64,000 nt of DNA, from positions 1 through 64,000 of the IMG/VR virus record IMGVR_UViG_3300020037_002148, one strand, 5' to 3'. The notes under the pieces are model-generated. The model made no database searches, was not told where the DNA came from, and saw only the letters and a program-made list of their open reading frames with translations. The position numbers and the translations under genes were made by a program. Origin of the DNA: a virus (lineage: Duplodnaviria > Caudoviricetes). This document shows positions 60,101 to 64,000 of the stretch, one piece after another; within the stretch, counting starts at the first letter, position 1; every line of letters starts with the position of its first letter.

Positions 60101-62541
60101 AGATGATTATAAACAGCAATTAAATCTTTTCTTTTTCTTTGAATATTAGCTAAATCATCAATAGATTGTTTAATTGTATCTTTATCAAAGATATTTTCAC
60201 TCAAATGATTTTCAATATCTTTCTGTAATTGATTTAATTCTTTATGAGCTTGTAAAAAATTATCTACATTTTCAAAATTATTGTCTATTTTAAATCCTAA
60301 TTTTGATAATTTATTTTTTGAGTTATTTATTTCATCTAATTTAGATTGAATTGAAGATTTTAATTCTTTAAGTTTATTTTTAGATTTATCTCTTAAATCT
60401 ATTAGGCTTTCTTGATCTGATATAGAAATACCATCTATATCTTCAAGCATTTTTAATTCTTTATTATAATTTTTAATTTCTTTAGCTAATTCTTTAGTAA
60501 TTAAACTATTTTGAGTACTATTAAAATTAAGTAATTCTTTTAACTTATCACTATTTACAGAATCATTTTTACTTTTAGATAATTTATCATTAATTAAACC
60601 AACTAAACTATCTTCTCTACTATCTAAATCATTAGTAGTGTACATTAAATGATGAATAGCTTCGTTAAATAACCTAGCATCTTTATCATTAAAATTTCTA
60701 ACAGGAGCTACTTTAGATGCTAATTCTTTAGTAGATTGAAAGTTATCTACTTTTTTATTAAATTGTTCAATAACTTTATTTTTTCTTTCAGTGAGTTCAT
60801 CATTACTTAATGCTTTTTCATTTGCATCTAATTTATCATAACCAAATTGTTTAGCAAAATCAGCATTATCCATGTCTTTAATCATTGCTGCATATTGCTC
60901 TTTAGATTCATTTAATAACCCTACATTATCTCTACTTTTAACAAATGAAAACATAGCATCACTTTCATGATTCTTAGCTTCAAAAAAATCTCCATTTTCA
61001 AGAGCTTCATCTCTTAATCTATTAGATGTAAGTATTGTAGAATTACTTTGTATTTGATTTTGTACATTATTAATATTAACTTTACTTGCTTGTTTAATAG
61101 CTGATTTAATAGCTTGTTTTTCAGCACTTTGTTCTTCAAAAGCTTCAAATACACCACCTTCAAATGAAGCTATAACTTTATTACCAAAACCTTTTACATT
61201 TTTAGTTTTACCAGTAGCAATACCCATTCCAGGTATTCCTAAAGCACCTATAATAAATCCAATTCCTGCGTCTTCACTACCATAAGTATCTTTGAAGTTT
61301 TTACCAAAGGATTCTATTAAATTAAAACTATCATTATAAGCTGTAGCATCAAATTTCTTTTTAATGTAATCTTGACCAATAGCTTGAAACTCTCCTTGAA
61401 GAGCTTCTTCATTCATTTCTGTTAAAGGATTCTTTAATATTTTTGCTGTTGTATAAAGAGCTTTTCTTGTTTTAGAAGCAGTTTCATAAGCAGCTTCTAA
61501 ACCTCCTCTTAAAGCATAATCTTTAGCTAAATCTTTAGCTTCTGTATCTACAGCACCTTTACCAAATAATTTTAAATCAGTAGAAAGACCTTTACCGAAT
61601 ATATTTTTAAATTGAATAAAGTTGCCAACTGATAATAATGCCATATTAGCACCAAATATTAAATTAGCAGTTTTTTTAATTTCTCCATCAGCCATTGCTA
61701 AAGCATTAGCATCAGGTTCTACACCATATTGTTGTTTATATTGTTCTGCATAATTTTTTCTAGCAGTATCAAGAAAGTTTCTTGCTTCTACACCAGCTTC
61801 ATAACCAGCACCTACAGCAGCAGATTTTACTATATCTTTACCAAGTGCTTTTAATTCAGCAGAACTTGCTTCTTTGCCAAAAAGAGAAAATATTTTTTTA
61901 GCTCTACTCATTAAAGAAGCAGTTTCAGCAGCTTGTACAACTCCTCCAGCTCCAAAAGTAGCACCAGTTAAAGCAGATAAAGCCATTTCAGATAATACAG
62001 CACCTACAGAGAAAGACATTCCTCCAAGTACACCATCTCCCCAGAATTGAGCATTATTTAATTTAGAGAAAAATCCTTCTTGTTCTTGAGCTTTTGTAGC
62101 ATAAATAGGTAGTGCACTATCTAAATCTTTAGATTGTTTATCCATCCATCTATGAAAATCATTATCATATAATTTAGTCATATCACCATTTATGATAGCA
62201 TTTGGAATAGAAACTAATCCTCCTATAATAGTATCACCAACAGTAATTGCTGTTTTACCTGCAAATTTAATTAATGCATTTGCAGTAGCATCTAAATTAG
62301 TTTGTTGTAAAGCTCTTTGATCTTGAGAATATTGAAAATTTGTAGTACTTGGCATTAATTCTCTATTACTAAAGCTTTCAAAATCATCTTTAGTCATAGG
62401 AATACTTGTCTGATTTGGTACTTGTACTTTATCAGAAGCATATTCTTCATTTTTAGAAGGTTTAATGATTAAACCTGTATTTGGATCAACACCTTGTACT
62501 GTTGATATTTCTTTTAGTATGTTGTCTAAAAAACCTGGCAT
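48166..62541 (-). CDS. Giant virion RNA polymerase polyprotein (N-terminal TM/cargo region, zincin, crAss-type RNAP, SLOG insert)
   Basis: GADFDID (52132-52152) with upstream RIPTEDKHS; HEAFH (56881-95); hydrophobic N-terminal helices. Confidence 0.9.
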   Translation of the reverse strand: MPGFLDNILKEISTVQGVDPNTGLIIKPSKNEEYASDKVQVPNQTSIPMTKDDFESFSNRELMPSTTNFQYSQDQRALQQTNLDATANALIKFAGKTAITVGDTIIGGLVSIPNAIINGDMTKLYDNDFHRWMDKQSKDLDSALPIYATKAQEQEGFFSKLNNAQFWGDGVLGGMSFSVGAVLSEMALSALTGATFGAGGVVQAAETASLMSRAKKIFSLFGKEASSAELKALGKDIVKSAAVGAGYEAGVEARNFLDTARKNYAEQYKQQYGVEPDANALAMADGEIKKTANLIFGANMALLSVGNFIQFKNIFGKGLSTDLKLFGKGAVDTEAKDLAKDYALRGGLEAAYETASKTRKALYTTAKILKNPLTEMNEEALQGEFQAIGQDYIKKKFDATAYNDSFNLIESFGKNFKDTYGSEDAGIGFIIGALGIPGMGIATGKTKNVKGFGNKVIASFEGGVFEAFEEQSAEKQAIKSAIKQASKVNINNVQNQIQSNSTILTSNRLRDEALENGDFFEAKNHESDAMFSFVKSRDNVGLLNESKEQYAAMIKDMDNADFAKQFGYDKLDANEKALSNDELTERKNKVIEQFNKKVDNFQSTKELASKVAPVRNFNDKDARLFNEAIHHLMYTTNDLDSREDSLVGLINDKLSKSKNDSVNSDKLKELLNFNSTQNSLITKELAKEIKNYNKELKMLEDIDGISISDQESLIDLRDKSKNKLKELKSSIQSKLDEINNSKNKLSKLGFKIDNNFENVDNFLQAHKELNQLQKDIENHLSENIFDKDTIKQSIDDLANIQRKRKDLIAVYNHLNTKNGREKFDKEVKRNERAATIKFLKEKAKTFLHNQGLEIDKDTEKEIENNVDLQVKEDDSEQVKAQKEYISKVSTIINQEDDLDTLDALVAHLKQYKETVNDTLKVNVNTLIAKAKERIIELQQTKKEAEKQKKEDGKKPYFSNINELFSLFNNEQQENKLASIANNPNEKDLRKRITFTLTDLENPKSIEQAVADLKEKDNQNVISLSGVRGNNKPFNFQMKVDGELIGGFQMPNQIYLKINDKWSPIDFSKLKEDGYLEIVLGMLFPSDLISTIEDRKVLGQYLTELNSFSNKLNTITQRGDISFEDFNNLTNGQINLNSFSSQIEMNFTDNKDKDGNIIETRIEDTLDDPDNVLTKAATKTIKVNGEDKNIVIFGKSTGDGQGFSKLYFVNIINGKLERNEDGTVLWRDRDDKENSEERKAIQNLVSYKKENAISTKGSLFSLLVFNSNGYIQPIFTSNETISKLKGLDNNEEFIVNFLNNEKALLPALQIMSEGLSSYYEEYKDKTKKELDPKEDIKNFDLFLSVTGLNKTEKVKVTPFISTYSDKIGQLSFELEINGKKTTIASSIYFDGQNFFKSFAKGKEELDPINKRFEKGEITLGQKIEEIKKFRHEVLNENKLNEEIASLILKDSQYSVLGKLRKATNVNATINGFYTNVLLNKNNQQSLENLVTKKKLGYNLYLRPDRTQVKEITSTRENIRLRNEKQQEEINQQQKAKEQIQNKEQEDLFNENTVKLEAQEEAKTIIQVVESSPTPSAELKALEEQPTSTTQSEIELNLNADLPQGKVGNTNYEVKGDNVYFEGKKLDNPENKTHKQLIEADIKRRRQEALKKFGTSEKQTSKNSVKVLGVDEYVSRELMELAYSNDSGNNPEIGGGGQTLNRIIERGGYSKEELSKLLKPEIDKINAKYDAELAALEPKIEVKQTPNIDKLEELGVNFEQLPKEEDLLSRVYRRSKISEKGLSLEEFVQIVTNAQNEAETEGANKLLELSTQDLIEYNTAIKNLSQILPIKTQDNPNGTIEVTDLIDILGNLKTKGEVGGRFIGKLKTIYLATKNGKSVKGFEYHEAFHAVFRLMLDRGRIIKTLNGAESLYGTPTKEQLQTLKESSSDLINLSQQELKNLWLEEKMADAFMEYMKAEKSVTQSWLRRIFERIKNLLKGIFDKNNTSNERAVTQLFSDIYQGKFKNAKEKFPVIRNVNNSIDVNKLLVQEYKLKLTNGKYIDKKGYLSYSISEAIINTITNEAAKILKNKGSKIITDDEISDIYDLFRERFNPNNEVIADLIDSIKDDDLANKTASKYLNVYKSLGNLKNQEIVVQEVFERLPLYNLVNESSILQEQLDDSDDLEDDELNDTGIVQKSKNEINHAWDKASKKVKQYISSVSTNIDLFGIGKPFDDYIVNDKSKNYSFAINGNHLYSNLTKMLVGAPAYKHLGLLYSVSNTSPEIKAFTHQWYKDIYSELKKNNSFELPEINVEDFAKLYEILSPLYYKILTKSPTFSFISSDFEKNRTYLQDVLFSKEGVTRMLNANNRNVGKQVFSRWERNWNSKRIDNLEQAKIDFKANLYKSNIDNILQKYVDLLENTKSLKSQEKSEAVIALVNTFKSSFSDLGIELPEQFIKYNLINFVFETGNTNLLTNEEINWYNNFSASDIKPINLEFLDGIEKTLTTGISFGTNTIYNDIDPATQKAEPLLGAVGKLMDVAESTALFDTSIIPSSFNNQEGKRIFDITPPSDISRRLNILKDKDNVQLIKEYLETKDVKTFKDKVLNNEENGTYYLYSFFTEEYQVDNFLQVLDHNPLFNNVDIDTLFTTLTMAYAGGIRQEETNVTEYEDSEDVDVSSKNYGLFSDSDGKSYNNADTTAKILYRLSLLADSAYNKYNLKVVGKQKYAYYIASQYESASTIPMVLLPFNNFIEKGKINEKGLNSLYSIYNQEVERIKIVQSEIDEYYLGFKKDGYNEGFHYMLQNIGVEGTNGNKSVKIFTHSDGTYFYLDIDNNNNVVNLSKEELYYNEKQEDGSTIKKEINLNSLIPKGLKLFNFANKNTKLNEKDLSEEEIKQRLSNFIDFQVDEYIKLLEDKGLLKEGEVNLLPKSFISGNQLDKNALKNAFLNDYLMSYGINSLMYGDNATSSKNANDFVKRAKGMIGSGSNYGSGVTNIIPIRSEVVNKIDTTDAQTFNTPFHHLSVILNSKSIDNRIKEIYQGIDSGLNYYINSEGELQKITKEDYDYLYDNNAQHQPNKTQGFGLDWYLKTSISPILRETTSRLKNYSKENLKEALLIHKELFDLKLQASPSDNAYITYLTKKYQNLFEAIPGKEYKHNLLNELELNNAIAVYDSAWKRSKYNIHEISNGQPFLYKNENGKKVISSISVPNASLIDQQKTDGVKKQITHPTQFLRLISTEQINETLIYFKNKEINIGTALNVYEKQLAERTDKGFKALKKEMLDENGDAEWDLLLKSFIDSIEKSSADPQQLELFQQGNSSKPKYNLNNPAIETKFQSMFLSFVSGGTLKQKVAGSKLSLMSSVGSELEREIDNEGNVIKTFTTRQSKGDNRPRGANIVSQRLRHDVYDKEKHEYYSEIVVSERFLKKFGFTADQFHKGEIPQEFLYISGVRIPTEDKHSMINCKIVDILPDSYGNAIMLPNEIVELSGADFDIDALYVRVNQTYTNVLNKKTGIYGSYLFQSTLEEAKEQAYNEYLSDAYDNKKISSTFNDLKTNSKELIELTREKTIAENSLRKVKEIPNVFTREQLVKPATSELLGIIDEIKSLELTLLEQSFIINKIIFNKGEWTYKNKDVIESNYIAYQSGNIDSIEPLTKGETNNMLLELERKLINNDGNNKITNTPTSLKLFKDLIETLEGEGLINKDLGYGVHDMLSKTLADISISTGAANIGPVALFNNLFGILFKNKVTIERKVGEKINLEPFVNYSRDENNKLVDEKDAQRVQDSIATLLAAMTDNAKEQMANLFNLTTETLPVALAMIGVGHNFNNVMLLMKSPIVKKISELSQSYNKTIQSKQDYDDSKGNRELQKKVESIFQLEGESEFEGDLNYQTLLDSLKNKEVIKEEFSKGITFLEEQSTGYKQRTIKNASADATIAIAVDFTSAGERLTKSSVEGQSKKYIPIDIKDSLEVTPEIVDNIVEQLNETKAKTLNIAGNGIYTMKGKYTQEQLDDYVYELLQAVLSSPDLENPIERIRTGGQTGLDEAGAKAGFKLNLPTLILAPKGWTFRNESGQDISNEQQFKERFGDYQEQKDLFSQEEKPVSNQKAILKRISNEYFHYKKASTVFSNLQNLLQLIKGFKSTFAESEKFITALNNLGWSVSENGLDIVKNDKPTDKFYKNYKDTTKIIGNGVGDIFEKDKFLKQSIKTALALTKLSEKYFISQTPTAKKTREDILTLFKDYKAGNVDFQSNLRKHYLSYLTVMAYAESVKNTDDKLPKIEEFLLTPLEEIAKDNTKENNELQTNFLQIIEYNYKNGIKNDFLEFLEIKNIDYLKKQANKNTLFGYRFHGFGANSRALKNPDIISSIISSFNDLYFAENNNILERDPEIRRINTLKTKFAKDMFKYLVVKDGLMFQNQSFIKAIDPILFTETSNALDKVQELFSKMSSSKEYIETFGMSKEELNLDFIIKFGLNQNNYFDLKSQKIDVLRKVIDEKWIKDNKIESEDFVNDNESDTNEKEELVLEDNYPIFFDSKNNTLVVNQFARITKGMKPEQKSQIKKENKKFILRDEIVIFKKIAKTYKSGDKIIPYSKIGFPIITYLSGKNSARIPLKLTAVQDSIQVDGSWINFQISPEGKVLELSNSSKESLKGDIYYGDLFNNTIYEIINNDAKLKTYKNGRERLVNIAKAIANQFENGYIEGTKALYNQHIILGSGEISSLTNSIKDQLDMVLSPEQTEKVKMNMFNKTKEKAKDETEVRLNFINLINQYSAITKVTLEGTKNRTIEELERVANNFMVKAGKSKQEIEDKTKKCYSLKS

Positions 62542-62573
62542 ATTTTTATTTTAAATTAAGGTATAAATATAAT

Positions 62574-62600
62574 AAAGGTATCATTTTCAGATACCTTTTT
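62574..62600 (-). terminator. Terminator-like hairpin between the muramidase ORF and the RNAP gene
   Basis: AAAGGTATC-N7-GATACCTTT. Confidence 0.6.
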
Positions 62601-62645
62601 AATTGTTTTAAATAATGATTTTGATTACATCAAATTAATTTTTAA

Positions 62646-63137
62646 TTATTTAATATAATATTCTACAGTTGCATTTTTATTTGAAGGGTATTTTAAATCT
62701 AATTGTTGTTGAGCATAAGAAGCATTCCCATTACTTTCTTTTAATTTTTGTAAATAAAATTCTGTTTGAGGACCTCCTCTAAAATGTACAAGTTTTTCAA
62801 TCATTGATTTTTGTGAAGGATCTACTTTATATTTAGTTATAATATTTTTAGCTTCACTTTCTAATACATTTGGAGCATACCATTCATTATAAAAACTATC
62901 TTGTAAAACATGATTTTTTAAAAATTGTTGAGGTGTTAAATTGGGATTTCCTGAAAAACTTTTTATTTTATTCCCCCATTCACTCCAGATAAATTGATAT
63001 TTTCCATAAGCATTACCATTCACAGCACCATAACCATTATCAGGTTGCCCTTTACTTTCTAAATTAACAATGTCTTTATCTCTTTGTTTACCCTCAGAAG
63101 TTATTGAAATCTGATTATTGACTGCTGAGGGTTGGTA
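62646..63137 (-). CDS. Lysozyme-like (muramidase) domain, probably expressed as a -1 frameshift extension of the upstream gene
   Basis: Open frame carries IVNLESKG...YGAVN...AYGKYQF; the putative catalytic Glu (63057-59) lies upstream of the track GTG start. Confidence 0.7.
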   Translation of the reverse strand, partial: YQPSAVNNQISITSEGKQRDKDIVNLESKGQPDNGYGAVNGNAYGKYQFIWSEWGNKIKSFSGNPNLTPQQFLKNHVLQDSFYNEWYAPNVLESEAKNIITKYKVDPSQKSMIEKLVHFRGGPQTEFYLQKLKESNGNASYAQQQLDLKYPSNKNATVEYYIK

Positions 63138-63143
63138 AAATTT
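63090..63143 (-). promoter_or_regulatory. Candidate programmed -1 frameshift signal
   Basis: In-frame A_AAT_TTT (63143-63137) followed 4 nt later by the stem ACCCTCAG/CTGAGGGT. Confidence 0.65.
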
Positions 63144-64000
63144 CCAGTAGAAGGTATTATAGGTCTAGTTTCTTTAACTACTCTGTCAAGATACTTATCA
63201 TATATTTGACTTGATACAACTTCACCAAGACTTTGAGACATATTCATAATTTGACTAATTAAAAACTCTTTAGTTCCTTGCTCACCTTTTTGTGCTTTTA
63301 AACTTGCAATAATTTGAGTATCTTTCATTAATCTCTCCATATTTAAAGTAATATTAGTTACTAAACCAATATTATTAGTATGGAAATTAATTCTATTATC
63401 TTTAGTTGATATTCCATTTATATCTGCACTATCATATAACTCTATTAAATAGTCTCCTTTAGAGATACCGTCTACACCTCTATTACCAAAATCTCTTTTA
63501 ATAACAATATCTCCTTGTTCTTTTAATCCTGGATAAGTGTATCTCATATATCCAGCATTATTAGAAAGACCATCATGTATTTTCTTATTCTCCTGAATCA
63601 TAGTTCTACTTTCAACACCTAATACATCATCTGCAATTCTTTCTAAAGAATTATCTCCTGCTATTTTTATACCTACAGTGGTTAACTCATCATTACTAAG
63701 ATCAATATTTTTAGATTTATTTTTTCTACCTAAATCTAAACCACTTACAGTAAGACACGCATAAAGCTCTCCATCAATATTTTGAAAAGTAACTGTTTCT
63801 ACAGATTCTACATTATCTTCTCCAAGTTTCTTTTGTTTTTTTAATCTTTGAGCTTTAAAGTTATCTAATTGTTCTGCTGTTAATTGTTCTCCTGTTCTTA
63901 CATAAAATATATTACCACTACTCCCTTGCTGACTTATTCTTTCATCTAAAGAAGATTTTAATTGAGCTTTATATTTAGCTGCGTCATCAGCAGATTTACC
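63101..64000 (-). CDS. C-terminal part of a large virion/ejection protein (5' end outside the window)
   Basis: Manually checked to stay open upstream of the track ATG 63601 to at least about 63720; continuation to the window edge is assumed. Confidence 0.75.
   Translation of the reverse strand, partial: GKSADDAAKYKAQLKSSLDERISQQGSSGNIFYVRTGEQLTAEQLDNFKAQRLKKQKKLGEDNVESVETVTFQNIDGELYACLTVSGLDLGRKNKSKNIDLSNDELTTVGIKIAGDNSLERIADDVLGVESRTMIQENKKIHDGLSNNAGYMRYTYPGLKEQGDIVIKRDFGNRGVDGISKGDYLIELYDSADINGISTKDNRINFHTNNIGLVTNITLNMERLMKDTQIIASLKAQKGEQGTKEFLISQIMNMSQSLGEVVSSQIYDKYLDRVVKETRPIIPSTGNFTNPQQSIIRFQ

Larger units (their letters stand above)
1..64000. other. Segment of a crAss-like (Crassvirales-type) phage genome: + strand early/replication block converging on a - strand virion/RNAP block
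   Basis: Giant virion RNAP with DFDID, plus PolB, DnaB-like, DnaG, NrdJ and ligase genes, with dense short-gap gene packing. Coding-strand A-richness flips at about 40.4 kb. Confidence 0.9.

Noticed and set aside
1-64000. Stop-codon reassignment (TAG or TGA), known in some crAss-like phages
   Set aside because: Genes up to 4791 codons are uninterrupted in the standard code, and all splits are explained by introns or a frameshift; no suppressor tRNA seen.
1-64000. CRISPR mini-array, diversity-generating retroelement or retron
   Set aside because: No regularly spaced direct repeats and no reverse-transcriptase motifs found by eye in this window.

Overview
The window is about 64 kb of a very AT-rich, crAss-like (Crassvirales-type) phage genome, most likely infecting an environmental Bacteroidota host; both assignments are inferred from gene content. 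Two blocks converge on a bidirectional terminator at about 40.4 kb. The + strand block (1-40372) holds a tmRNA, a degenerate tRNA, small early genes interleaved with long stem-loop elements, and replication or nucleotide genes: PolB and a DnaB-like helicase (each split by a group I intron with its endonuclease in the P1 loop), an SF2 helicase, an AAA_24 ATPase, DnaG, class II RNR with an HNH intein, RNA and DNA ligases, a MoxR-type AAA plus vWA pair, a nucleotidyltransferase and a Prim-Pol domain. The - strand block (40452-64000) holds giant virion/ejection proteins, including a 4791-aa RNA polymerase polyprotein. The most notable observations are five. (1) Cysteines in three consecutive ejection proteins sit almost only at matching C- and N-termini, suggesting a head-to-tail linked chain. 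(2) A canonical -1 frameshift signal would append a complete lysozyme-like domain to an ejection protein. (3) The phage encodes a protein with a signal peptide and a type IX secretion C-terminal domain. (4) Six small unrelated proteins share one C-terminal helix, next to the AAA/vWA pair. (5) There is a Tad1-like anti-defence sponge. All calls come from manual motif reading and recalled family consensus; no searches or folding programs were run.
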